64,000 bases of DNA from Antedon mediterranea (taxonomy: Eukaryota; Animalia; Echinodermata), in the NCBI RefSeq assembly GCF_964355755.1, contig NC_092680.1, positions 13,649,045 to 13,713,044 of the forward strand, in the 5' to 3' direction. How positions within the stretch are numbered: position 1 is the stretch's first letter; each line of letters opens with the position of its first letter. The notes under the pieces are model-generated. The model was not told the DNA's origin. It ran no database searches and saw nothing but the letters and a program-made list of their open reading frames with translations. Shown here piece by piece: positions 21,206 through 35,500 of this stretch. Both the position numbers and the translations under genes were made by a program.

Positions 21206-23562
21206 GTTTTCTTACTTTAAAAAAAAGTTTTATGTAAAAAGCATATTAACAGGTAATAATTAATATACTAGTATTCAATTTTATACAAATTTAGATATTA
21301 TTATTATAAATAATGAACTAAAAAATTATGCTAATATTAATTTAATAAATAAAAATGTGAGTCGAGTCGAGCAGTTAATAATGCAGGTGCACTGCAAACC
21401 ATAATTAATAGGCCTAGCCTAGCTAGCTATACAATTCAATAGTCACACTCACGTCGCAAAGGACAGAGGATTTTGTCTAAGCATGAAGATTAGCCAATCA
21501 TGGCCAGGGTTGACCCAGCTTTGTGTGTGTGTGGGGTGGTGGAGACAGCAGCATGCTTATAAGTGACGTCAAAGAATATAATATATATATTCTTTGGTGA
21601 CGTGCACGAATGCACATGCATAGAGGGAGAGCCTTATTAGCTAGGCCTAGCCTAGCCTCCTTAGACTAGGGCTAAGCCTACTAGGCCTAGGGTAGGCTAG
21701 GCCTATAGACAAGACGGGTTTATGATTTTAGCAATTTTATTCGTTAAATTACATTTTAGATCAATCTATGCAAATCAGCGGCGTATTTACTTACTTTTTT
21801 AATGTCTTTCAACGGTATATCTCTCTCTCTCTCTCTCCAATTACGTTTGATTTAAAGTTTGCAAACTGAGATTTTCTTACGTGTACGTACGTACGACGTC
21901 GTGTACCAGTTTACGAATTACGTCATCTGGGCTGCCACGTTGTTGTGTACGAACTTTGACATAACATAAATGTCAAAAAAAGTAAAACAAACATTCGGCC
22001 ACTTTGATATTAATTACACGTTTCAAATCTCAACGTTTCGTTATCATAACGGTTCAAAATACTAAAGCAATATGATTATGCTGTAATTTATAAATATCGT
22101 ATCAAATCAATTAGTTTTAACTAATTGATTTCATCTTTATTCATGCAAATGCACCTGCATTTTTTAAACCATGTTACATATCAAATGAATATTCATCATT
22201 ATAGGCACAATAAAGTTACTTGTAATAAAATATATTACTATGGATATGGATGGATTATGGATACAGTATTTGTTGTTATTTTACTGTGGAAGAAATAAAT
22301 GTTAATTTGAATTGAATAAATTTTACCAGAGTGAGCAATTTATTTTTAGTTATAGTGTATATTGTAAAAAGATTTTTTTTTGTAGTATTTTATGCAATTT
22401 TGTAAATAGTGTAAAAAAAATAAGGTAATTCACAATTAGTTTGATGAGAAATACTTTTACTTTAATTTTCCTTGTGACAATAACAGATATATTATATGTT
22501 ACTACAATTATGCAATCAAAAATACTATAAATTTGCTTAACATTGAGGCCTATATGTTCCTCGATGCAATACATATATTTGTTTATGCCATGAACTCAAA
22601 GACCTTTTATAATTACAAAATCCTTTGTTGTTAAATCAAACAAAATGGAGTTTTACATAAAACTAATTACGAGCTATAAAGCTACTTACAATGGACAAAC
22701 AAAACATAAAGATAAACAGTTTGTTTATGTTAAGAGGCCATATCAGCTCACGAAAACAACCAATTCTCATAATATTATGTGCAACATGAATTGCTTTTTT
22801 TTCTTACACTTGTTTTTATTAGTAATACATTACAAGATTATGGCTGGCAATTACCACAATGAAGGGCATGCATGTTTAATTAAAAATACACTGGATTGTT
22901 TTGACAAAAATTGCAACCGAGACATTCTCTTTTCCTCTGGTAATGTAACAATGAGTATTAATGAGGATATTAAAACTGCTCTCCACAAATTTTGGATGTA
23001 GAATTTCTGGATATTCAGACAAAAAAATGTGTCTATTGACAATTTTGGTACAGTATTTATGTAGAGTTTGGAAGGCGCATATTTCAAAGTACAATATCAT
23101 CAAATGATTTATACAGAAAATACCAAAAAAATGGAATGAATCAATAATTATTCATAACATTATATAACTCATTTTTGATATACCTGTATATAAAATAAAA
23201 ACAGTGAGTTCTATTGATCCAATTATGTGAATATAATAGTGTATAAGACATGTTACATAATAGTTGCTAAATAAGTACTATTTCAATTGCTTTTTAGTAC
23301 AATAAATTGTATTATACAATTGGCCTAAATAAACCATATACATAAAATAAAAATTCTGATATTACATTTATTAATATAGTTTTATATCCTATATAAAAAA
23401 GCATTCTTCCAATAATACAAAATAATTAAAATAAATTGGAAATCCATGATTATGCTTTAAATCGGGCTACATTGGCAATACACACAAAATATTAACTCCA
23501 ACAGGGGGTGTAAAATCACCAGATGTACAATACACACTTTCAACAGAGGGTGTAACATCAAT

Positions 23563-26500
23563 TTATGCAATCGCTTTGGCTTCTGGCAAAAAGTTCTCCC
23601 ATTCTTTAATGAGCTGTGAAATACAAATTTGATACATTTTTTATTATGGTAGTTAATTGGATAGATCTTAAATCGGTAAGTCTTTTAATTGGCAGGGAAA
23701 TAACAATTACCTGTTGTTGATGATCCATTAGAGCTTCCAGATACTTAATTACAACTTCACGGAAATCACGTACACGGTTATGCTAAAGAAATGATACATT
23801 TTGAAAATAGTAAGTTATTCATACATTGTCTTGTGACTCCAGCTTACAACCTTAATCCAGTACAAGTATCAAACAGTAATTTATCAGAGTTTTATTAATT
23901 ATATACTACATATTAAGAAAAAGAAGCTTTAGCAAAAAAAAGTTTACATTTGTCTAAAAAATATTGATAAATGTATTTTACTTACTTCAAACCTGCTAAC
24001 TTCTTTTCTGATAGCTTTTGATATTTTCTCAAATTCCTCTTGTCCTTTTTCAACTTTTTCTTCCCACTAAACACGAAGAACATAAATAAATGACATATAA
24101 ACAGCAGTTTATTTATTGCATTCATTGAGAATTTAAATTTAGTTCTATTGCATGATAAAAGTTCTATATTCTCCCCATTTAAATATTTGTATACTATCCA
24201 GTCTGGTAAAATATCACCCTCACCATGGTATAAGAACGTACCCTAATAAAATTTCATCCGTAGGTCCTATGTATATTGGTAATAACATTTCTTGATGTTG
24301 CGTCTTGCAAAACTTGTGATTTTACGAGAAAAATAGACCCAATTTATAACCGCCTCATGTCGTATTATTGTGTACAGCAATTGTGACGAAGCGTGAATGA
24401 ATTTATGAGACGCCGTCCATAATTAACAGTTTATATACAATAATTGAGGAATAGTTTACAATAAATTATATAACAAAATATCTAAAATATAAAGAAACCC
24501 CAAGTATAAAGTAAAATATTTAAAAATGTTAAAATACAAAAAGCCTTACATATAATAATAATAAACTTGTCATAATTTTATCGAACTTGTCAATTTTAAC
24601 TGTACCTCAACCTGATGCGGTATGTTACTTATTGCCTTTTTTTTTTAAATGTAAGTGGAAGAATATATTTTTCTAATTACAGTATTTCCATTTAAATTTA
24701 CATAAATAAAGTTGCTGTCTATGGTATTTCCGTATTTCACAAAGGGTAATACAGTCGACTCCGCCTAAGTCGAATTCGCGTAAGTCGAAAAATCGCGAAA
24801 GTCGAATTTTTAGGAAAGTCCCAATTCTTTCCTATACATTACTGTGTAATTTTTATTTCTAAGTCGAATTTTTCTAAGTCGAAATTCGTCTAAGTCGACG
24901 TCTTTTTGCGGTCCGAATACACACATTCTTTAGTGATTTATATCGTATAAGTCGAAGTCACAAATTACGCGGCAACAACGCGTTAAAAAAGCCGATGAAA
25001 CGTACGTAATTCGATAAACAAACAACAGAGGGGAAAATGTGGGACCATATCGGTTCTCTCAAGCAGGTTGTATAGTATAGGCGGCGTCCTACAACTCGCG
25101 CTAGTGTATAGTGTATGAGTTGTTTCAGAGTTGAGAACTTGAGCGGCGTTTTGTGGGTACCTATTTTGTGCTAGACAGATGGCAATAAACAATAGATACC
25201 GATTTCGAATAAGAACCGAAATGTATTTATTATACGTTTTTGTATTGTTTGGGAAAAATACAGTTTATCATTGTCGATAAAGAGGCTTAGCATTTATTAG
25301 GCCTAGCTAGCTAGCTAAGCAAATTCAATTCAAGAAGGCTCATCGCGTGGGCCGCGATCGCGACAGGGCAGGGTCCACTATATAGGCCTAGCCATAGCGC
25401 AGCTAGTGAGTGAACCTAGGCCTAGGCCTAGCATTTTTTTGGCAAATCTGTAAGTCGAAGTTCGCGTAACTCGAATTTTTATACCGGTCCCATTAGATTT
25501 GACTTAGGCGGAGTCGACTGTAGTTACAATGTAAAAGGGATTTTGCATTTTTAGGCTACTGTCTGGGGCAACTTACAGGATAAAGATGGTGTCAATGGTA
25601 TTTTTGTGCATCCCAATGTGCAACAGTTACAATGCAAAAAAAGAAATTAGGTGTTTGGCTCTTTACATGATTAAATTTTGTATGGTCCAACGGGCATTTT
25701 TTGGCTACTGTCTGGGGTAAATTACAGGATAAAGTTGCCGTCATTGATATTTTTGTGCACTGCAATGTTAGGCGTCATCTCCACTAAATATCGGACGAAG
25801 TGTATCGCGTCTAAAAATAGCAGTTCGTCTGCACGCGACCGTAATTTAATTTATCTCATCAAATTCTAATTTACATATTCATGAGGATTCCAGTTGTAGC
25901 CCCGCCCTTCAATACCGATGCAGAAACTTGCGACCGGTCGCGTCTGTACGCGTTGAACGATTTATCGAACTCTGGTGCGTCCGCTTGCAATAGGGTTGGT
26001 GAAATCTGTCCATAATAGGTTACTTTTCTGTCCATAATAGGGGACTTTCTGTCCATAATAGGGACTAGAGGGCGCTGTTGTTTGTCCATAATAGGTGACT
26101 TTCATAATTGGCTGTCCAAAATAGGCGACTTTTTGTCCACAATAGGCGAGTTTATTGGAGTAGTGCGCCATCCATTGTTTTGTCCATAATAGGTGATTTT
26201 GTTGGCGTACTCGACGTACATACGTAGTTTATTTCGCGAGTAGAAGTAATACAGTAGTATTATTAGTTAATACTAATTTGCTTTCTCTTCAGACTTCGAG
26301 GCTACCTAGGCCTAGCTAGTAGGAGGCCTAGGCCTAATTAGTATAATTATTTAAGTCTCTCTAGCCTCTAGGCCTAGCCTAGGCTAATCCTGTTTTAGTT
26401 AGGCTACCTCAGTCAGGCCTAGGCCTAGTAGTACTACTAGGCCTACTAGCTTAGCTGGAGTCCATTTGTTATTGTCCACTAATGAAAAGTGAGCTTTTTT

Positions 26501-29500
26501 TTTTCTAGGCCTACCTTACAGCAGGGGAGGAATACAAATGACATGGGCTCATATTAGGTAGATAGGTTTCCTACTACAAACAACTAGGCCTATCCTCATT
26601 ATCTGTTTTTTTATTATTTTATTTTTTTAATATGACTATTTTACAGACTAGGGCCTAGGCCTACTCGTAACTATACTGCCTAACTGCAGGTCAGGTCTGG
26701 CGGACTAGTCACTATACAGTCTTTTACTAATACCACTGCCACCACCGCCCACTACTATACTTTGAAGACTGAAATCAGCTACTACTAGCCTAGTCTACTA
26801 CTAGACCTATTGGTAGTTTGTCTTCAAATCACAGACATCTAGATTGCTAGATTGACCTATTTAAATTTTTGTTTTTTTTAATTATTTTTTGAATGAATGA
26901 GTCTTATCCAGACAGTTCGGACAGTTAGTAGGTTGGCAGTATAGTAGAGCCAGAGCTATTGTTACTGTATGTTATTAATTATGTCACCTATTTAAATCTC
27001 AATTTTTCCATATTTTTTGCATGTATTAAAGATTGTGTAGTGTATCTTCTGATCAATGTTATAGTACAGTAGCATGCACATTAACTAGGGTAAGTAACAG
27101 ATAGGCCCAACCTACAATTGAAGAATAATACTTTACATACAACCCACTAGGCCTACATCTTTTAGGACATTTTTCAATATGACCAAGATACTGTAAAATC
27201 CCAAGAAGCAGCCTATTTAGAAAAAGTATTTGTATGCAAAAGTAATCTTCGGAAAAGAAGGATACAATTTAGTCAAACATTTTCAGAGAGACAAACTGAA
27301 TTTTATCAGTACCGTAGTAGAAAAACTGACAATACATGAAAATTAATTTTTAACATTCTGATTTGAAATATTCTATTCATTTGAATTGCTAAGAAATTTA
27401 AAGTAGATATTTTTTTTTTCATTCATTATAAACATTACAATCACAGTACAAAGAATAGATAAATCCACTAACAAATTCATGCAGAAAATATTTCAAAATT
27501 TAATTGAATGTTATATTATTAAAGCATTCATAATTCAATAAAGCATTTGTCTTTAAAACATTTAATATCAGTTTTCATATAGTGAGTATGGTAATAATTG
27601 ACTCTAACAACTGGTATAAACTTAAATTTAGTAAAACAATCCTACATATCTTTTTTTAAATGCAATAAAATATTTAAACATAACTGTTTCCCACCATACT
27701 GTTTCCCACCATACAACATGAACATTTGTCTCAGCATTACTAAGATTGAAGTTACTTGCATTATAAAATACTTAAACATTATTATAGTATTTAAATACTT
27801 TTTTTTTTTTATTATAGGCATACAGATGTTTGATATTCTGCTCATATACAGTATGCTGCTGAAATGAAAAAGTACATCACTTCAACATATTATTTTTTAT
27901 CATAATCATCGATCAATAATTATAGTAATAAACATAATAATTATGGTGCATTTTATTTATCCTTGCTATTTTTTAAATTGTAGTTTAACCATGTTTTTAC
28001 ACTTTTAAAATTAATATAATTCAGTATTTTTTAAATGTGATTTAGATTTTGAATAAACTGTTCTGAATACAGAACAAAGGTGTTGCTTGTACACTGCGTG
28101 TATGTAAACTTGCTTTATTGTCGTATTTCTTATTATTAAACATTAAAATTGATTCATTTAATTAAACAATATAATAAATGGATGAGATGTGCTGCTGTTG
28201 ATACACTTTAGACTGGGATGGTTTGTCATTGAGCTATGTGGATCCAGAAGGGGAGGACCTAAAATGACGAAATGAAGTGCTGAACTGTGATGTCTTTTTC
28301 AATATTAAATTGATTTTTATTATTACTGTTAACAAAACAAAATAAGTCCAAAGAAAAAAAAATACAACAATTACATTGAAACACCAATGCATTTATAAAA
28401 ATAACAGTTTACATTTTCATTATCTTAAAAAAATAAAACTTTATCAATATTATTATTAGAGTATTATGGGGTATTTTTTATTTTTGTAAAAGAACGTGTG
28501 GATTTGGTGATTTATTTAAACTTGCAATAGTATGGTAAGTTGCGTAATGTCTGTCCGTACTATCAAACCTAAAATGAAGTTCAAATTAAATTATTTGTTG
28601 CTGAATAAATTTCACATTTCAATATTATTAGTGGACAATAACAAATGGACTAGGCTAGTAGTACTAGTAGGCCTATAGAGGTAGCCTAACTAACAGGACT
28701 AGCCTAGCTAGGCCTAGCCTAGGCTAGAAAGACTTAAATATTTATATACTAATTAGGCCTCCTAGGTAGCCTCGAAGTCTGAACAGAAAGCAAATTAGTA
28801 TTACTTCTACTCGCGAAATAAACTACGTATGTACGAGTACGCCAAAAAAATCACCTATTATGGACAACACAATGGATGGCGCACTACTCCAATAAACTCG
28901 CCTATTGTGGACAAAAAGTCACCTATTTTGGACAGCCAATTATGAAAGTCACCTATTATGGACAAACAACAGCGCCCTCTAGTCCCTATTATGGACAGAA
29001 AGTAACCTATTATGGACAGAAAAGTAACCTATTATGGACAGATTTCACCAACCCCGCTCTCCGCTTGCGACTGTTGTGTGTTGTGTGATGTCACCGGGTA
29101 GCCAGGCAGTCGCGAAACTAGGCTACTTCGATCGTCCGTTCGGGGAACGCGAGGTGTCTCTTTGTACAAATGGTTCAACACTGGGCCCGGCTCCTTGCGG
29201 TTTACGCGTGATATATCATGTTCCATCCAGGGACCAAAATACGTAGTTACTTTCCAGGCGAAGTTTACCGACGCGTACCTCGTGTACTTTGTATGTACGC
29301 TACACAGCAAAAGAGTACACACATTTACGATTAACCCTCTCTGTACAGTGGGGTACACCTACAATAAATGTTGTATTACAGGCCTACTGTATAGGCCTAC
29401 ACGGGGGCCTACATTTTGAACAATTGAACCAGATCGCCAAATTCCTCAATAAAAAGTTATATTTAGAGACAAGTTAAATAATATTCTTCGGTTTGTGTCG

Positions 29501-32500
29501 GCTTTCTATAAAGACTGATTTGACCTTTTGATCACGCACCATCGTGTATAAAACAAAAACAATTATTTACTGTACAGTAGTAATAATAACATGGCTATAA
29601 ACTTCGATTTACTTCGTCCGGTCGCGATAGTATGCGTGTACTCTTTAGAATTATGTGATAATAGATTCGGTAACACGCTGCGTCTGCTCCCGACAACTTT
29701 CGCCGGTTTGCGACCTGTTTGTCAGGCCCGTAGCCAGAATGCATCAGAGGGGGGTTTTCTTGACACCAAGTGTTTTGCGAGCGCAGCGAGCAACTGTAGG
29801 CTGGGGGCCAGGGGGCCGCCAAGGGCCTTCGCCCCTGGAAGCTTTGGCTCTCAGAGCAATTTCGGTTGTTTTAATAAGCTTACAGAGACATTTTTTACCT
29901 ACTAAAATCTGAGTTATGCAGAGAAATTATATAGTACAGTATTATGGAAGCTAGTAGTACTGATCATGAAATACAGCTTTATTGTTGCAAAAAAGTATAT
30001 TATATTAGGCCCTTAAATAATTTCTTATCCTATAAACATAAAAAACAAATAGTACCGTATATTTCGGTGTACAAGTCGCACCTGTGTATAAGACGCACCC
30101 ATAACGGAGACTGAAATATTAGTATTTTGTATGTAGTCGATGCATAAGACGCACTTATTTCTAGGCCGAAATTTAAACATTTTACAATCAAAACAATGGT
30201 ATTTTAATAATAAAACAACGATATTTGAGACATATTTATTAGAATCAAATGATATAATTTTGTTTGATTGCCTTTATTACATCGTAATCAGTCTCTACTT
30301 CAACTGAACGTTCAATGAAAAGGGAAATCCCCATATTGTTTCAGTTACGATGCACTGTGTGGGTAGGGCTAGCCTATGTCTATTTAAGTAACTTTAATTT
30401 CATATTACTTAAATATATACCTTCTTATTGTGTGTATGACCATTATAAAATCAATCCAAATGATGTTCAGTTTTTTGGGCTGATAATGAACCAGGAATAT
30501 CATGTTGGGTAGGCCTATATGAAAATCTTTCCTATTTCCATGCATGCATTACAGCAATATGAGGAGAGGAGAGCACTAACCATGTGCTCCTTGCCTGGTG
30601 TCCAGCACTGTTGGCCATATACACTATGAGATTAGGGGAAGCTACTTAACACAATAACAACACACTCTTTTAGATATCGCTTGACATACAAACTATTGCC
30701 TACATGATTATAAAATTATGTGATTGTTGACATAGAGATGTAATAAAAATAAACCACCGTGATCAAGGGAAATAGTTATTGTGTAATTAAAATGTGACAC
30801 CACCGTAATTAATGGACTCTTCCATAAATGTGTTGCGCTGTGATGCTGCATGCTGCTAGAATACACACCCGCGAGTTCAGAGAGTATTACTAGGCCTGGG
30901 TAGAATATCTAATGCGTACTGTAATATTAATACAGTCGAGGATGACAATTTACCTTAGCCTAACTAAAAATTCAATAAACTTGTTACCACACTGTGGTTA
31001 GACAGAAATGAGTAACTAGCTAGGCCTACATTGCAGAGTAGTACACTATTTTTAATTAATTTAAGTATTAGTAGGTAATTAAATTAATTAGGGTAACATT
31101 TAGAGGTCAAATTTGCGTGTCAAAAGTGCGTCTTATACACCGAAATATTCGGTAGGCCTACGTACACGTACCAATTTAATTCAGCACCATTTTTATTCAA
31201 GTTTACACAGTGAAATTCTTTGGTTTAATGAAAAATATTTCCAGGAAAAAAATAAAAATCCCCAAAAAGATTGAACTGAACTGAACGTGAAAAGCCCGGC
31301 CGAAGCACGCGATTGGTCAGTCCATTTTTCTGTCATATTTATAACCATCATCTCTCAACAATCTCTCGACGATCTGACGCTCAGCAGTGACTTTGACATC
31401 GGACAATCTGTATATTCGATCGATTTACATAGTCAATAAAAGTAAAATGACCAAAAAATCTGCTATAATTGATAATTAATTGCACGATTTTGGAAGTTGG
31501 GCCTTTGTTTTTCAAGGGGGGTTCGCTGGTAAAAGGGGGGTTCGCGCAAAAGGGGGGGGGGGGGTTCGCCTGAACCCCAAAAAACCCCCCTGGCTACGGG
31601 CCTGTTTGTGTACGGCGTATCAAAAATGTCATATTTTTGTATGATGCCTTTTCTGGTTTTTTTTTGCCATTCGCCTTTATAAAACAATCATCCATTAACA
31701 TTATTAAAAAATAGTAAACCTTTATTTTGTTAACGCATGGAATATTCTTTACTCCATGGTTAACGTATGGCGGATAAATGACACATAAGCGTTTTATTAA
31801 TTTTGTAGTGTGGGATAGCAATTCTAATTACAGTATTAACCTTTTGTATTATAATCCTTTTGTATTTCGACACTGTTTATATGAAGCAATTTGACACAGC
31901 TGTTAAATTGTTAATTTCAGAAGCCATTGAATTTTCGCTTTGCGTTGGCTTCTTTTGTTACTGACTGCTTATTTTTAATATACATCCTTGTCTAATAAGT
32001 TGTGCATTATTTAATAATGCGGGTAGGGTGCATACTTTATTTTACTGTTAACATGATATCTAAGAAAAATAGTACTCTATGAGAATACCACCCAACAAAA
32101 AATCAGCTTTGGAAAAGGCAGTTTTGACGACCTAAAGAGCCAAAAATGGTAGTCATACACACATTTCCCTGTAAATGATAAATAAAAGGTTGAGAACATT
32201 TTGCCATTTTCTTTACTAAAATGGATATCATAATTATAATGCTTTCTCTAGCTTGACAGTTGTCATTGGTGAAAACCATAGAAATATTATAATATCTATA
32301 TGGTGAAACGTTGGCTGTAATTTACAACTAGTGCGTTCAAACCATAACAATAACTAAACTATACGTCCCCTATAACATACGATTTCATTCGACATTTGTT
32401 TTTTATTTTTGTGTCTTAGTTCTGAGTGTGATTAGGCTAATTGCACCAAAACCTTGTGAATGCGAGTTTGGTGTATATCCAGCTTTTCACAGTTCAAATC

Positions 32501-35500
32501 CCCTCAAAGTCCTGCTGAGGAATTTTTTTCTTTACTTAGGTACTTAGGTAAAACAACGGTGGTCAAACTATGGTAAAATTACTTTTAAGATTTATTTAAT
32601 ATAATTTATTGTAACGCTCACAAAATCGAAACGCCCACAAAATCGAAACGCCCAGTCGTTTCATTTGTTCGAAAAAGCACTGAAAAGTCGGAAGAGTCCA
32701 CTTTAGGCTACATTGTTACAGATACAGTTCCGGTCTCATTGAATTTATTTGTAGCATATCTTTCTTGTCGTCAGCATTATGTTAAATACAAGCAATCACA
32801 AACCTTCAAGACTATTGACAAATTTGTTAATTGACACTTCGAGTGAAAACGAAAACCGGCCTCCCGTAAAACGAGCAATTGTAGACAAATTCCCGCAAAT
32901 TATTGAAATAGCTAAAAACTTTATTGAAAGAAGTGGATTTGAAGCACATCGACGTCGCCAAAGCACCACCGGACACTGTGGAACTGGTCTGAAAGCGGTT
33001 CGGGACCATCTTCTTCACGAAGTACCAGGTTTGGCTGAGCAGCATCCCAATTTTAGTAAGTACAACATTTGATAAATTATTATTTATATGGATATCCAAG
33101 TATATTAAATATATAATTAAACTAGGCCTATGAATCCGGGACGGGGACCCGGATGGGTAAATCGACATAGCGTCGACTTTTGTAATTTACCTAGTATAAT
33201 CATAAAGAATTTTCCATGGTATAATGTGATCATGCAAAACAATGACAACTTTATTAATTTTCTTTCTGTAGGTATTCATACTGTGCACCGCATGCTACAG
33301 GCCCCTCATCAAGGTCGTAACAGTTCAGCAAGGTACAAAGGTTTCATCGATGCTAAAGTTCCGAAAAAAGATAATGGAAGGATGAAAGAAAATGACAATG
33401 CTCATTTTTACAATGCGAGGGTGAAGTATTGCCTTCAATTAAGTGCAGCATTTCCGGATGTGTGTAGTGTATATTCTGTTGACAACAAAAACAAAGTGAA
33501 GATAGGTAAGATCAATCATATACAATTAAGAATTTTCAAATGTAACATCCACAGAATATTAACGGCCATACAAAATTGGGTGAGAATGTTAGGTGGATTC
33601 TGAAATAAATATTATAAATTATTATTTATTGTTTTTATTTTTAAAGGAAAAGATGTCCCAGCTGTTGATCGAAGGACAAAAATAAGAAGAATATTTCCAA
33701 CCATTGACAGGCCGGTGCTTTTAGATCACGACTTCCCAAGTCATTCAGGCTACCTAATTACACCATGTGGATATATGAAATTGACACTACCTAACCCCCC
33801 TGAAAAATCGATTGATTCGCTAGGTCGGCTAGAATACAAACTACATAGGAATGGCCCCGTTACCATCATTAACAGGGGACCCATGACAAAATGCACCGTA
33901 GCCTCCCATATCAACGACCTGCTGCCAATAGTGAAAGAGGAAGTCCGTACAGGAAAATCAATTTTAACTATAATTGCAGATGGCGGGTGCGACTTTAATT
34001 CCGGTCATCATACAAATTTACTATATTATGCTAGACTGTTTAGAGATACTGGCTTAGATGCTCTGATTGTGACAGCGTATGCTCCAGGACAATCGGCTCT
34101 AAATCCGATCGAACATGCCTGGGCTCCTTGTACATTAGCGTTAACGTCTGTTATGTTCACGGATCGACTTGAATGCGAAGACAGACCGCCATGGCAGCAA
34201 GGTTTAAACGAAGAAGAAATGCGTCTGAAAGAATGTAAAGTATTTGACAACGCACTAAAAAACTTAGAACAATACTGGAAAAGTGTACATTTTAGCGGCG
34301 TTCCGATTAGTGTAAGCCACTTATTGTCTTCGTCAAAAGAAACGCCTTATGATGACTACAGTCAAGTGCACGCTGTTATGGCGTCTAACAGCGGGAAAAC
34401 GTTCAGACAAAGCAATCTTGTAGACGAGTCCCAGTTTATGCTTCAACATATTGATAAAAGGAAAGGTTTTTTAGTTTTTTCTAAATGTAGAGACCCTAAC
34501 TGTACACATTGCAGCCGCAATCCTATAATTGCCCACGATGTAATGAATGCCTGTTTTAATAGGGATGGATTTCCTTCACCCATGCAAAGCGAGAAAGAAG
34601 GACACTTCCTCACCATTCATGAGGTATTAAAGTTAAATTCATGGGATACTCTCGATCAGCTGATGCCACCTGCTGGTGGAAGATGTGCCATTTGTCCCGC
34701 ATATGGATTCAACAGCAACGCAGAGATAACTTCTCACAGGAGAAAGTACCATCCAAGGCAGCAGGTCCTTTAGTTGCTATGTTTAAAACTACTTGTAATT
34801 TATATATGTTGGCCTATTTCAGCCTTTGTACACTGAAATATATCTGTATTTTATTGTATTTTTATATATCTAGTTTTTTATGAATTTTTTACATACTGTA
34901 TATTTTTATATAACGTTTTAAACTTTTTTAAACGTTTTTTTATGCTGTTTGTTGCCTTTAGGAAGACAAATTTTAAAATATTATTTTTGGACAATAAAGT
35001 AATCTTGATTATCAATACTGTATACATATCGTAGTATAACTGCAATGATCTATTGATGTGTGAATCAGAATTAAAGATTTCCATTTTATGAATTTATTGT
35101 ACTGTCTTGCTTGTATACTTTTGTATTATGGTATTTATTTATTTTTTGCTTTCAGGGAATGTACGGCTATTATTATTTGAAGTTCAAACAAATAATAATT
35201 TCCAAATTCTTAACAATAACGTGGTTTGTTCGCGTACCATAGTATTTAATAATTAGCATAATATCAATACATTTATTGGACAATGGACGAACAGTAAAAC
35301 AATACAGAATGAATAAAAATCATACGGTACAATTTCTGTGACTTAATATACTATGGACTTAAAACAATGTATTAAACGCCCAATTGAATTTCGCTGTTAG
35401 TTTGAAAATTAATGGAAAACGATACACGAGTGCACTGAATATCGTGCTAAATATAGATATATTTGTACTGTAATTTCTATTGAAAAAGATAGATTAATTT

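Noticed and set aside
25962-29088. Duplicated small ORFs [14 protein letters not shown]... on opposite strands
   Set aside because: By-products of the inverted arms of a foldback element.
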